From Arcobacteraceae bacterium (GTDB lineage Bacteria; Campylobacterota; Campylobacteria; Campylobacterales; Arcobacteraceae), in contig JBLWVX010000009.1 in assembly GCA_048268245.1 (NCBI GenBank), positions 11,368-75,367 on the forward strand: a stretch of DNA of 64,000 nucleotides, given 5' to 3'. Shown here in pieces: positions 45,941 through 55,874 of the stretch. Both the position numbers and the translations under genes were made by a program. Within the stretch, counting starts at the first letter, position 1, and each line of letters starts with the position of its first letter. Below the pieces are notes generated by a model that saw only the letters and a program-made list of their open reading frames with translations, was not told the origin of the DNA and searched no databases.

Positions 45941-47812
45941 ATGAAATACGATATTATCGTTGTGGGTGGAGGACATGCTGGTATTGAAGCAGCCTTAGCA
46001 TCTGCAAGAATGGGTAAAAAAACCCTACTTATTACAATGTTAGTAGAGCAAATTGGTGCTGCTTCTTGTAATCCTGCTATTGGTGGACTTGCAAAAGGGC
46101 ACCTAGTTAGAGAACTAGATGCCTTAGGTGGAGAGATGGGTCTATGTACTGATGCTACAGGTATCCAGTTTAGAATCCTAAATGCCTCAAAAGGTGCAGC
46201 AGTCCAAGGAAGTCGAGCTCAAATTGATATGGATAAATATAGAGAGTATATGAGAAAGGTTTGTCATAACACTGAGAACCTTGAAGTATACCAAGATGAA
46301 GTGAGTGAACTTCTAATAAATGAAAACAAAGAAGTTTACGGTGTAAAAACTAGACTTCAAGAAGAGTTTGAAGCTTCAAAAGTTATCCTTACAACTGGTA
46401 CATTTATGAAAGGACTTATTCACATTGGTGAAAATAAGTACGATGCAGGTAGAGCATGGGAGCTTCCATCATCAACTTTATCTATTCAGTTAAAAGAGCT
46501 TGGATTAAATGTAGGAAGACTAAAAACAGGAACACCTGCAAGAATTGATGGAAAATCAATCAACTTTGAAAACATGGAAATGCACGGGGGAGATGTAAAC
46601 CCAGCACCTTTCTCTTTTAGAACAAATAAAGAAGAGTTTAGCCCTACTCAATACCCATGTTATATCACATACACAAACCTTGATACACATGAAACTATTA
46701 GATCTAACTTTGATAGAACTCCACTATTTACAGGTCAAATAGAAGGTACAGGTCCTAGATATTGTCCTAGTATAGAAGATAAAGTAAATAGATTCGCTGA
46801 AAGAGATAGACACCAACTATTCCTAGAACCACAAACATCTATGTGTACAGAATACTACATAAATGGTCTTTCAACTTCACTTCCTATTGATGTACAAAAA
46901 GAGATGATACACTCAATCGTTGGACTTGAAAATGCAAAAATCATTAGATATGGATATGCTATTGAGTATGATTATGTTGATCCTACTGAGTTAAAACACA
47001 CCTTAGAAACTAAAAAAGTTAAAAACCTTTACAACGCAGGTCAAATTAACGCAACTACAGGTTATGAAGAAGCTGCAGCACAAGGACTAATGGCAGGTAT
47101 CAATGCATGTTTAGCAATAGATGGAAAAGAACCATTTGTACTTAGACGTGATGAAGCCTACATTGGAGTTTTAATTGATGACTTAGTTACAAAAGGAACA
47201 AATGAACCATATAGAATGTTCACAAGTAGAGCAGAATACAGACTTCTTTTAAGAGAAGAAGGTGCTGATTTAAGACTTAGTCCTTATGGTTATGAATTAG
47301 GTCTTATCAATGATGAGACAATTGAAAAAGTAAACTTCAAACAAAAAGTTATTGATGAATCAATAGAATTTATGAAAAATGAATGGTTTACATCTAAAAA
47401 AGAGAACCTTGAACTGCTTGAAAGATTAGGACAAGATAAAATCAAAGATAGAGTACTTTTAATTGATATTGTTGGAAGAAGTACTGTTAAAATTGAACAT
47501 CTTGATGAGTTCTTGCCACAATATGCTGACTTATCAGACTATTTAAAAGAGCAAATCTTAGTAGAAGCAAAATACTTTAGATATGTAGAAAAACAAAAAA
47601 AGCAAATTGATAAGATGAAAAAAATGCTTAAAATGACAATTCCAGAAGACTTTGACTTTAGTCAGATTTCAGGCTTATCAAATGAAGCAGTGGAAAAACT
47701 TCAAAAGTTCAGACCACCTACTCTTTTCAATGCAAGTGAGATTTCAGGAATTACACCTGCTGCTATTGATGTTATTCATATGTATATGAACCTTAAATGT
47801 GAAAAGCAGTAA
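45941..47812 (+). CDS. mnmG: tRNA uridine-5-carboxymethylaminomethyl modification enzyme MnmG (GidA)
   Basis: [50 protein letters not shown]. Confidence 0.98.
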   Translation: MKYDIIVVGGGHAGIEAALASARMGKKTLLITMLVEQIGAASCNPAIGGLAKGHLVRELDALGGEMGLCTDATGIQFRILNASKGAAVQGSRAQIDMDKYREYMRKVCHNTENLEVYQDEVSELLINENKEVYGVKTRLQEEFEASKVILTTGTFMKGLIHIGENKYDAGRAWELPSSTLSIQLKELGLNVGRLKTGTPARIDGKSINFENMEMHGGDVNPAPFSFRTNKEEFSPTQYPCYITYTNLDTHETIRSNFDRTPLFTGQIEGTGPRYCPSIEDKVNRFAERDRHQLFLEPQTSMCTEYYINGLSTSLPIDVQKEMIHSIVGLENAKIIRYGYAIEYDYVDPTELKHTLETKKVKNLYNAGQINATTGYEEAAAQGLMAGINACLAIDGKEPFVLRRDEAYIGVLIDDLVTKGTNEPYRMFTSRAEYRLLLREEGADLRLSPYGYELGLINDETIEKVNFKQKVIDESIEFMKNEWFTSKKENLELLERLGQDKIKDRVLLIDIVGRSTVKIEHLDEFLPQYADLSDYLKEQILVEAKYFRYVEKQKKQIDKMKKMLKMTIPEDFDFSQISGLSNEAVEKLQKFRPPTLFNASEISGITPAAIDVIHMYMNLKCEKQ

Positions 47813-47867
47813 AAATTGATAATGTGCAGTAAAAAATGATAATATATATGCTAAAACTTGATAATGA
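47798..47867 (+). repeat. Transposon end: TGTGAAAA terminus plus three putative TnsB-binding sites
   Basis: GCAGTAAAAATTGATAATGT (47806-47825), GCAGTAAAAAATGATAATAT (47826-47845), ATGCTAAAACTTGATAATGA (47848-47867); TGATAAT cores at 47817, 47837, 47859. Confidence 0.85.
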
Positions 47868-47881
47868 AAGTTTAAAATAAC

Positions 47882-49579
47882 ATGTCACAGAATAAAAGTA
47901 TCATCCCTGAATTTATGTCAAATAATCCAACTGATACTTTTAAATTTCTATTCCCTCTAAAACTTAAACTTGATGAAGATAAGTTTGGGAATAGTCATTA
48001 TGAAGTTGTTGTAAAAAACCTTACAAAAAAAGAAGTTTTTACCTACGAAGTTTCCCCTGAATTATTATTTACACACTTTCCTTTACATAAATCATTTAAA
48101 AATGGTGATAATACAGGTGATGAAATACATGAAGATACTTTCACTATAAATTCAAAAAATATAAATAGTGAAAAAGAAAAAAAACTAAAAAATATACTCT
48201 CAAAAAATCAAATTGGAACACTTCTTGGTTGGAGTTTTAAATACATTGATATTGCAAAAAATATTAATTGCTATTTAGTTGAGCATGAAAACTTTAAATT
48301 AATAATCCCTCATTATGCTATAGGAATCTACTATTACTTTAGATTTTCAGAGTTAAGAGAAGCTGCATTAGAATGTAATATTGAAGATTTATATGTAATG
48401 TGTGACGATAATAGAAGTAATGCAAAAATCGTATTATCTAGTCCTAGAACAGATGCAGATGCAGCCTTCATTCATAGGTTTGCTTGTCAAAAAAACGCTT
48501 CTAATGAATTTGATAATATTGGTAGATATATACACAATTATTTATCTTTTATGAGACATGAAGATATAGATAAAGAACCTGGAGATATTCATTTAAAAAT
48601 TAATTTTCCTACTAAAGAGATCTTCCAAATTGATGCAAGAGTGTCTCATTTTAAAGATGAAAAAACAGAAGAAGAATATTACTATATTCATGAAATAACA
48701 AATGATAATTCAGATATTGGATTTGATAAATTTACAAAAATTATTGAACAAAATAAAAATATCACTTCTATTGATAATTTAGAAAATTTATCAAAAGTAG
48801 ACAGAGAAGTACCAGATGAAACAACAGAAAAGCTAAAAGTAATTGATGCTAATAAAAAGTACGCCAGAACAAAGCATCATAAAGATAGAAAAAAAAGTTG
48901 TGGAAGTTTAAACAATATAGAAATTAATCATGAAACATTAACAAAGGCTGTTGTTGAAGACTTATTAAAAATATATAAAGAGCAAGAGGATGGGAATAAG
49001 GTTGACCAAAGCCTTACAGAATCATCTAATAAAGGTGATGTTAATACTAGAAGAGTAATCATATCAAGTGAGTTTCTAAAAAAAGAACAAAAACCTCTTA
49101 ATGAAATAGAAAACTTCAATGTTTTTAGACAGTATATAAACTTTTTAAAACAACAATCTAATATAAAAGAATTAATAATATTTGATGTTAAAAACTTACC
49201 TGAGTTTAAAATTAAAAAAAATGGCGAGGAAAAAGTCAATACTAAATGTAAAATAAAAAGACGTTTAAGACAATATTTAACTTGTACCTTCAAATATGAA
49301 AATTTATATGTTGGACTATTAGAATTAGAAAACTACCCTTCATCTGCTGCTTCGTCATGGGTTATAATTTCAGATAAACCTGTAAATAGTTATACTTTTG
49401 AAAAGTTTATTAAATTATATATAAAAGATAACATGTCTATTCCTGAGATTGTATCAAAATATAAAAATTCTAACCCTAAGTTTTCGAAAAAGAACCATGA
49501 AAGAAATAAAAAGCTAGATAAGATGCAACTTGCAAGATGGTACATAGGGTTATTAGGAAAAATTAATTTAGGTGGTTGA
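47882..49579 (+). CDS. Putative TnsE-like target-selection protein (divergent)
   Basis: 565 aa, first gene inside the Tn end; IIPHYAIGIYYYF..SELREAAL and C-terminal FNVFRQYINFL...LP...RQYL...LLELE...SSWVI...NH...W pattern resemble Tn7 TnsE by eye. Confidence 0.6.
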   Translation: MSQNKSIIPEFMSNNPTDTFKFLFPLKLKLDEDKFGNSHYEVVVKNLTKKEVFTYEVSPELLFTHFPLHKSFKNGDNTGDEIHEDTFTINSKNINSEKEKKLKNILSKNQIGTLLGWSFKYIDIAKNINCYLVEHENFKLIIPHYAIGIYYYFRFSELREAALECNIEDLYVMCDDNRSNAKIVLSSPRTDADAAFIHRFACQKNASNEFDNIGRYIHNYLSFMRHEDIDKEPGDIHLKINFPTKEIFQIDARVSHFKDEKTEEEYYYIHEITNDNSDIGFDKFTKIIEQNKNITSIDNLENLSKVDREVPDETTEKLKVIDANKKYARTKHHKDRKKSCGSLNNIEINHETLTKAVVEDLLKIYKEQEDGNKVDQSLTESSNKGDVNTRRVIISSEFLKKEQKPLNEIENFNVFRQYINFLKQQSNIKELIIFDVKNLPEFKIKKNGEEKVNTKCKIKRRLRQYLTCTFKYENLYVGLLELENYPSSAASSWVIISDKPVNSYTFEKFIKLYIKDNMSIPEIVSKYKNSNPKFSKKNHERNKKLDKMQLARWYIGLLGKINLGG

Positions 49580-49951
49580 TTTTTTATATATTCTAACAAA
49601 ACCTTTCTTTTTCAAGTATTTAATAACTTTTATTACTTCTTTTTACTTTATTTTCTATGAGGATCAAATATTACATAGAATCATATATGAATGATAAAGA
49701 TAAAATTAGAGGATATTCAAATAAACAAAAAAATAAAACTACTAAGTTTTATAGATAATAAGTAAAAGTAAAGTAAGTGATAATACTTTCAAGTTTTTTA
49801 AAGTACTATTTTGAGAAGGATCTATCGATATTAACTGTAAAAAGAATGTTAACCTAAAATTTAAAATTAAATATCATAAAAGAGTTAACCTTTTAGAAAA
49901 AACATATATTGACTTGAGATATAAATATTCCTAGTAAAATCACTATATAAC

Positions 49952-50542
49952 TTATTTAAGACTATTTGAAAAATCCATCATTAAATGAAATAATTTTAAT
50001 GAGGAATGATTTGATGAATATAATTTATTAGATTCTATAGAATTTAAAGAAATAGACATTTTATTTAAATTTTCATCAATATCTATTTTTTCTACTATAA
50101 AGCCAAGCATAGCATTTAATCCATAATAACTTGAATAATATCCTGTTAAAAACCTATCTACACCATTAGTAATATAGTGATTATTTAAAGTTGACTTTCC
50201 ATCTAACCTTTTACATTCAATTATGTAGTAAGCCTTATAATTCTCAAAATCATTAATATCTTTAATTTTTAAATCTACTCTTCCTGTCTTCTCATCAACT
50301 TCTTTATCTAATAAAAAGCCATAAATATTACAAATTTCATTCCTAATTTTTGTCTCAGAAATATATTCATATAAAGTATCTCTAATTTTATTTTCATCAT
50401 TCTTAGGTACTTTTACCTTATCAGCAATCATATATTCATAGCAACTATAAATATTAAGTAATAGGTTTTTAAATGTATTTTCATATATTGTCTCTGATTG
50501 AATAAAAGCAGTAGCATCTAAATCTAATTCTAATTCTTCCAC
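49952..50542 (-). CDS. PD-(D/E)xK nuclease-like protein coupled to the MTase
   Basis: ENKI...GRVDLKI...IIECKRL motif; overlaps the MTase 3' end by 13 bp. Confidence 0.7.
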   Translation of the reverse strand: MEELELDLDATAFIQSETIYENTFKNLLLNIYSCYEYMIADKVKVPKNDENKIRDTLYEYISETKIRNEICNIYGFLLDKEVDEKTGRVDLKIKDINDFENYKAYYIIECKRLDGKSTLNNHYITNGVDRFLTGYYSSYYGLNAMLGFIVEKIDIDENLNKMSISLNSIESNKLYSSNHSSLKLFHLMMDFSNSLK

Positions 50543-53442
50543 TGATTTCTCCCTGCTTTTAATATCGCATTTTTAAACTCATTAAAATCCAAATAACCTA
50601 CAGCTTTGTGCCAGTTTTTATACTCATTAGGTTTAACTACATAAAAACCATTCTTTTCAAAACCTTTAATATCCTTCTGTATAAATAAACTTTCTAAAGA
50701 TTTGGATCCTGATAGTTTTATAAAATTATCTATACTTTTTTCTTCAACCCAGTCTATATTTTTTGAACTATCGCAACTGTTAGTAATTGAAAAAAACATA
50801 CAGATAGCATATTTATTATAGATAACTTTTACATTTAAATACTTTTTTTCATTTTTAAAAATATCTGAAAAATAATTAATATAAATATCCAAATATTCTA
50901 TTAACATATTTTTATCTCTTTGTTTTGATAAGTTTAAACCTTTAAAAACTTTAGAGAAATCTTTTTTCATAATCCAAGGTATTAACACCTCTTGAGAATA
51001 AGATATTAATGTTTTTTCTTGTTCATTTAAATTAAAATCATTTAATACACTTTTATCCAAGTCATTTTTTAGTCTTCTAAGTTTTGTCTCGTCAGGTAAT
51101 AAAATTTCTTCTTTAAAAAAATTTTCAATTTTCTTTACTAAATTAATAGTTTTTTTACTAAAAATAAAAGGAACACCAAACTTCTCAAAATTATGAACCT
51201 GTTCCCTTTCTGTTCCAATTGAAGATGCTGTATGAATCATAATATACTTAAAAATAGATGAATTTAAGATACCCATAATATTGTATAAAGTATCTTTATC
51301 TTTGCATTTCACAGCTGTAATGGAATCTTTAAAAATCGAATCTCTATTTAAAACTCCCATTTTTAATTCAAGCTCTCTACTTATTCCTTTTGATATCAAT
51401 AAAGAGGGTGCCTTAAACAACTCTAAATCTTTAGCCCTATGAACTGATTTTGTTTCCCACTTCTTATCACTTTCTCCAATATAGCAGATTTTAAACTGTT
51501 TTGTTTCTACAAAAGGCATACCAATATATTTAGTTGCATCATTATCATCACAGCCATTCTCGATAATTCCCTGTTTTGCATCTTCATAATTATTTTCAAT
51601 ATTACTGTAACTTTTAAATTTCTTTATCAATTCAAAATCTAAATAGTTTCCATAAATTAATGTTTTCCATAAATAATCATTTTCAATCAGTTTTTGCTGT
51701 AAAACTTTTTTATAATCCTGCTTTGAAATAAATAACATTTTTAATTTATTAAAAAATGGAGTTGGTTTTACGGATATATATTTTATCAACTGATTTTCAT
51801 TTGTTCCTAGCTTGTAAAACATTACTAAAACAGGTGTTGTCGCTGTAGGAAAAACTTCATTTCTTACAGAAGATAACTCTAATATATGATCAATTGAATA
51901 ATTTGATAAGAAATATCTTCTAAAATCTCTAGATTGTACATTATAAAAATTTTTACTGTTTAAAATAAACGCAATTTTTGATTTTTTTATAATATCACTT
52001 GCTCTAAGCATAAAAGCTTGAGAAATTTCTTTATTTCCAATTTTTACATTATCATATGATTTTTTTCTATAATTCAAATATTCAGTTAAAATTTTAGAAT
52101 TCCCAGCACCTCTTTTATATGGAGGGTTTCCTATCATAAAATTAAAATCTATATTTTCTAGAATTTTATTGTAATCTGCAGAATAATCAAAAAAATCTGC
52201 ATTAAAAAAATTTGCTTTAGGGTTTTTATTACTTTCAAGTAAATAAGGAAATTTAAACTCTTCTATATCTTTAGGTTTTAAATAATCTAACATTGTTAGA
52301 TATAATGAAAAAACACTAATCATTACTGCATTTTTATCCTTATCTATTGCATATATATTCTCTTCTACTAAATGCTTGATTTCAGAAGGCTTAATTAACC
52401 TTTTTTTAATTTTCTGAAACTGATGAATTAACTTTCTTAATGTTTCCACTAAAAAAATTCCACTTCCACATGCAGGGTCTATAACTTTACAAGAATATTT
52501 CTCTGGGTTATTATTAAAATATTCGTCAACTGTATGTTTTAAAATATAGTCTACTAAGAAAGTTGGGGTATAAAACGCTCCATTTTTAGATTGTGTTTCT
52601 TCTCCTATGAAGCTTTCATAAACATTTGATATAAATTCTATAGGAATAATAGAAAAATCATAAATATCAAAAAGAGAGCCTTGTCCTGTTTTAATATTTG
52701 TCCCACTAACCAAATCTGATAAAATTTTTAATTGAGATTCTTTTACTTGTAATTCTTCATTTTCAAGAATAGGAAACCAGTCTCCATTAAATCCATCATG
52801 AGACTTTAAATATTTAAATAATATATATGTATCTTTTTTATTATTCAATATAGAAATAAACTTTTCATTATTTAATAATTGTTTTTCACCTTTAAATGAA
52901 AGCTTTACCTTTCTATCAATTAGATATCTAATAAAAATTACTCTTCCAAGTAGTGCATTTGCTAATTCTTTTTCAATTCCTGAGTTTAGTAATTTTATTC
53001 TTGCATTTTTTATATTTTCTAATAGTTTTTTATCAATTTTTTTTTCTGTTTTTTGAAAAGCATCTTGATTAAAATAACTACCATTTAAAATAGATATATA
53101 GTTGAAATCTTTTTTATCTAATTTTTCTAATAAAAAATCACCGTTTCTAATTACATATGCATAAGCATTATACAGTTCATAACTATCTTCTGTTTTTATA
53201 AAAACTATTGGTGATTCTGAAAAGTTCCAACATTGTTTAAATATAAGCTCTTTATTTTCTGAACTTTCAAAAAATAATACTAAAGGCTTATTTTTTGAAA
53301 TTAAAATTGCATAAGGACTAATTGTCATTTCATGAAGAGATTTATTTACTCTTAAAGGAAGATATTCCATATCAATATTTTTTTCATAAAAATATACACT
53401 TTCTTTTTCAAGAAAATTATTTTTACTAAAAATATTTTCCAT
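50530..53442 (-). CDS. N6-adenine DNA methyltransferase with C-terminal target recognition region (Type IIG/Type I-like)
   Basis: GAFYTP, DPACGSGIFL (motif I), GNPPY (motif IV). Confidence 0.9.
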   Translation of the reverse strand: MENIFSKNNFLEKESVYFYEKNIDMEYLPLRVNKSLHEMTISPYAILISKNKPLVLFFESSENKELIFKQCWNFSESPIVFIKTEDSYELYNAYAYVIRNGDFLLEKLDKKDFNYISILNGSYFNQDAFQKTEKKIDKKLLENIKNARIKLLNSGIEKELANALLGRVIFIRYLIDRKVKLSFKGEKQLLNNEKFISILNNKKDTYILFKYLKSHDGFNGDWFPILENEELQVKESQLKILSDLVSGTNIKTGQGSLFDIYDFSIIPIEFISNVYESFIGEETQSKNGAFYTPTFLVDYILKHTVDEYFNNNPEKYSCKVIDPACGSGIFLVETLRKLIHQFQKIKKRLIKPSEIKHLVEENIYAIDKDKNAVMISVFSLYLTMLDYLKPKDIEEFKFPYLLESNKNPKANFFNADFFDYSADYNKILENIDFNFMIGNPPYKRGAGNSKILTEYLNYRKKSYDNVKIGNKEISQAFMLRASDIIKKSKIAFILNSKNFYNVQSRDFRRYFLSNYSIDHILELSSVRNEVFPTATTPVLVMFYKLGTNENQLIKYISVKPTPFFNKLKMLFISKQDYKKVLQQKLIENDYLWKTLIYGNYLDFELIKKFKSYSNIENNYEDAKQGIIENGCDDNDATKYIGMPFVETKQFKICYIGESDKKWETKSVHRAKDLELFKAPSLLISKGISRELELKMGVLNRDSIFKDSITAVKCKDKDTLYNIMGILNSSIFKYIMIHTASSIGTEREQVHNFEKFGVPFIFSKKTINLVKKIENFFKEEILLPDETKLRRLKNDLDKSVLNDFNLNEQEKTLISYSQEVLIPWIMKKDFSKVFKGLNLSKQRDKNMLIEYLDIYINYFSDIFKNEKKYLNVKVIYNKYAICMFFSITNSCDSSKNIDWVEEKSIDNFIKLSGSKSLESLFIQKDIKGFEKNGFYVVKPNEYKNWHKAVGYLDFNEFKNAILKAGRNQWKN

Positions 53443-53468
53443 AGTTTCTCCTTTATTAAATTATAAAT

Positions 53469-53480
53469 ATTATATCTAAT
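53469..53480 (-). promoter_or_regulatory. Putative sigma70 -10 element for the MTase operon
   Basis: ATTAGATATAAT on the minus strand about 27 bp upstream of the start; identical 12-mer at 63809-63820. Confidence 0.45.
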
Positions 53481-53541
53481 TTATTTTGATTTTATGCTTA
53501 ATATGGTATATTTAAAATACTATTAAAAAAGAAAGAGTATA

Positions 53542-53811
53542 TTGAAAGAGAATAAAAGAATATATAATGTCTTATTTTCAGATATGAAAAAAGAAGACTT
53601 TTTAAAAACTCTAAAAAAGCTTGATATTTCTAAAGCTCAACTATCAAGAGATATGGGTATAGCATATTCAACCGTAAAGTCATGGTATGTAAATAATAAG
53701 AAAATGCCTCTATATGTTGAGAAATATCTCTTACTTCTTCTTAAAGTACAAAAATACAATGATATAGAAAAAAATATAAAAGACTTAACGAAATCAATAG
53801 AAAAGCTGTAA
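53542..53811 (+). CDS. Small XRE/Cro-like HTH regulator
   Basis: ISKAQLSRDMGIAYSTVKSW helix-turn-helix; divergent from the MTase; alternative ATG at 53584. Confidence 0.8.
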   Translation: MKENKRIYNVLFSDMKKEDFLKTLKKLDISKAQLSRDMGIAYSTVKSWYVNNKKMPLYVEKYLLLLLKVQKYNDIEKNIKDLTKSIEKL

Positions 53812-53820
53812 AATATACTA

Positions 53821-54993
53821 TTAATTCTTTAATAGTAACGCTTTATATCCTTGATTAAAACCTTTATGAGTTGTAGGATGACAATCTATTACCTTTGCTA
53901 CATTTAATTGATTTATAATTTTTCCCTGTAATTGCAAAAATCTTATTGCCCCTAAAATTTCTGAATAACTTATCTCTCTACCTACTTTGTCTTTCATTGG
54001 TATTAATTCATCTATAAAGTTTTTGTACCAAAATGAATAATCAAAACCATGAACAAAGTCTCTATGAGTTAAATGGTTTAGTTTTATAAAATATTTAAAG
54101 TTTTTAGGAAAGTTTTGAAATAAGTAGTAGACCATTGCTGTTAAAAAGAAATCTTTATATATTGCTGATGTTTTTTTTGATGAGTATTTTTTTAATTTTT
54201 CACATAAATTTTTATACTCTTCATAAAGAGGGAACTTATTCAAAATTAATTTTTCTTTTCTATCTAGTAAATAAACTAATTTAGTATATGCTTCAAAAAC
54301 AAATAATGACTTTACTTTCTTCTTGTTAATAATAAAGTAGCCTCTCTTTAAACCTTTTGTAAACCACTTTACAGCTTTTAATCCATATTTATAATTTGTA
54401 GATATTTCTATAGTAAATGTATCTGATAAATCATTTTCACATTTACTACAAATAGCTAAACTTTTCATATGTTTTATTTTTGAAAAACTGATTTTTTCAT
54501 AACAAACCCAACATCTATCAGTTAAAAAAACATTATGCTTAGTACAAACATTATAAAAAGTATATCTCCATTTCTTTCTAAAATAAGGTACTTTATCTTC
54601 AGCTAAACATTTTGGACAATACATCAAACCAAAATGTGTTCTTTTATCTATAAGTTTTCTTATTTGTTTAGGAGGATATATACAGTTATTACAAGTAAAA
54701 AGGTGACCTTCTTCACTTCTCAAAGACATTTTATATATTTGATTAAAACTCAACTTACTCTTCTGAGATAATGCATTAAAAAGCTTCTCATTATATTGAA
54801 AATCTATATCTGTTCTAGTAGATGAACTTCCATCATGTCTAATAAACAAAGAAAAAAATAAAGGTAATGTTCTTTTATGTTCTATTGCCATTCTAGAAAG
54901 CCAAGAACTTAAAAGTTCATCTTCAAAAGGTTTAGGTATAAATAAAAAGAAATAGTCCTGTATCCAATCTCTATTTCTTTTATTTTTTGCCAT
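53821..54993 (-). CDS. tniQ: TniQ family target selector
   Basis: PKPFEDELLSSWLSRMA N-terminus; Zn motifs CPKC...WR...CTKH...CWVC...CSKC; last gene of the tns operon. Confidence 0.9.
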   Translation of the reverse strand: MAKNKRNRDWIQDYFFLFIPKPFEDELLSSWLSRMAIEHKRTLPLFFSLFIRHDGSSSTRTDIDFQYNEKLFNALSQKSKLSFNQIYKMSLRSEEGHLFTCNNCIYPPKQIRKLIDKRTHFGLMYCPKCLAEDKVPYFRKKWRYTFYNVCTKHNVFLTDRCWVCYEKISFSKIKHMKSLAICSKCENDLSDTFTIEISTNYKYGLKAVKWFTKGLKRGYFIINKKKVKSLFVFEAYTKLVYLLDRKEKLILNKFPLYEEYKNLCEKLKKYSSKKTSAIYKDFFLTAMVYYLFQNFPKNFKYFIKLNHLTHRDFVHGFDYSFWYKNFIDELIPMKDKVGREISYSEILGAIRFLQLQGKIINQLNVAKVIDCHPTTHKGFNQGYKALLLKN

Positions 54994-54995
54994 GA

Positions 54996-55865
54996 TTATA
55001 ACTTTGGTAAATACTCTATATCATCAACAATAATATATTCTCGTTTAGATTTTATAGCTTTTACAGCAGCTTTTTTTAATAAGTTTACAGCTTTACCTAT
55101 CAAGCCCTCTGATTGATGAAATAAAGCACTTATTATCTCAGGATTATCTGCTAGCTTTGAAGCTTCTTTTAAAGGTAAACATCTCTCATAAGTTGCGACA
55201 AATGATCTAAACTTTCTATCATTATTCCATCTTGGGAGTTCAATAGAAGGAAATCTCGACCCAGTTTCTCTCCCTATAGATAATGCAGAGTGAGCTTCCC
55301 TTGTACCTGCAAGGATAATTGTAAGGGAAAGTCTATTGCTTAACTGTTTTAAATCATCTATAAAAGTTCTTTGTTTATTCAAATTTCCTGTCAAAGCACT
55401 ATGGATTTCATCTATCAAAATCATTCTTGTACCTAATTTATCTAAATAGTGTTCTACTAATTTTGATTTAGCCTGTATTTTATCATTATGTTTATATGGT
55501 ACACAAAGCTCATCTAAAATTAGACTATAAAGTCTATTCTCATCAGGAATTGTAGGAGCTTGGAAATAAATAATAGGTATTTCATATGTAGTAATATTAC
55601 CTTTTGAAATTGGTTCTAATTTCACTTTATGTAAATCATACATCTTTTTTAATATTGCTGTTTTACCATTATTTGAATCTCCATAAATCAATAAACCCTC
55701 ATGTCTCATTTGAGGAGGATCATAAAACTTATCTTCTAAGAGCTCTAATAGTTTTACTGCTGAACTATAACCTATCCAATGGTCTTTTTTACAATAAAGT
55801 ATTCTTTCTTCATCACTTTTTTCTAAATATCCTAAAGCCTCTTTAATTAAACCTCTATCATTCAT
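54996..55865 (-). CDS. tnsC: TnsC/TniB AAA+ ATPase (short TniB type)
   Basis: ERI...WIGY, YGDSNNGKT Walker A, ILIDEIH Walker B, SRF, LPLK. Confidence 0.92.
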   Translation of the reverse strand: MNDRGLIKEALGYLEKSDEERILYCKKDHWIGYSSAVKLLELLEDKFYDPPQMRHEGLLIYGDSNNGKTAILKKMYDLHKVKLEPISKGNITTYEIPIIYFQAPTIPDENRLYSLILDELCVPYKHNDKIQAKSKLVEHYLDKLGTRMILIDEIHSALTGNLNKQRTFIDDLKQLSNRLSLTIILAGTREAHSALSIGRETGSRFPSIELPRWNNDRKFRSFVATYERCLPLKEASKLADNPEIISALFHQSEGLIGKAVNLLKKAAVKAIKSKREYIIVDDIEYLPKL

Positions 55866-55874
55866 GTTGCTCTC

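Noticed and set aside
47806..47867. Tandem repeats after mnmG read as a mini-CRISPR array
   Set aside because: Repeats are contiguous with no spacers, follow a TGT terminus, and no cas genes are visible; they fit TnsB sites
49580..49951. Intergenic region with two AAAAGA(AT)GTTAACCT copies and one TGATAAT, as possible array, ncRNA or internal end
   Set aside because: Only two short imperfect copies in very AT-rich DNA, with no TGT/ACA terminus or convincing structure
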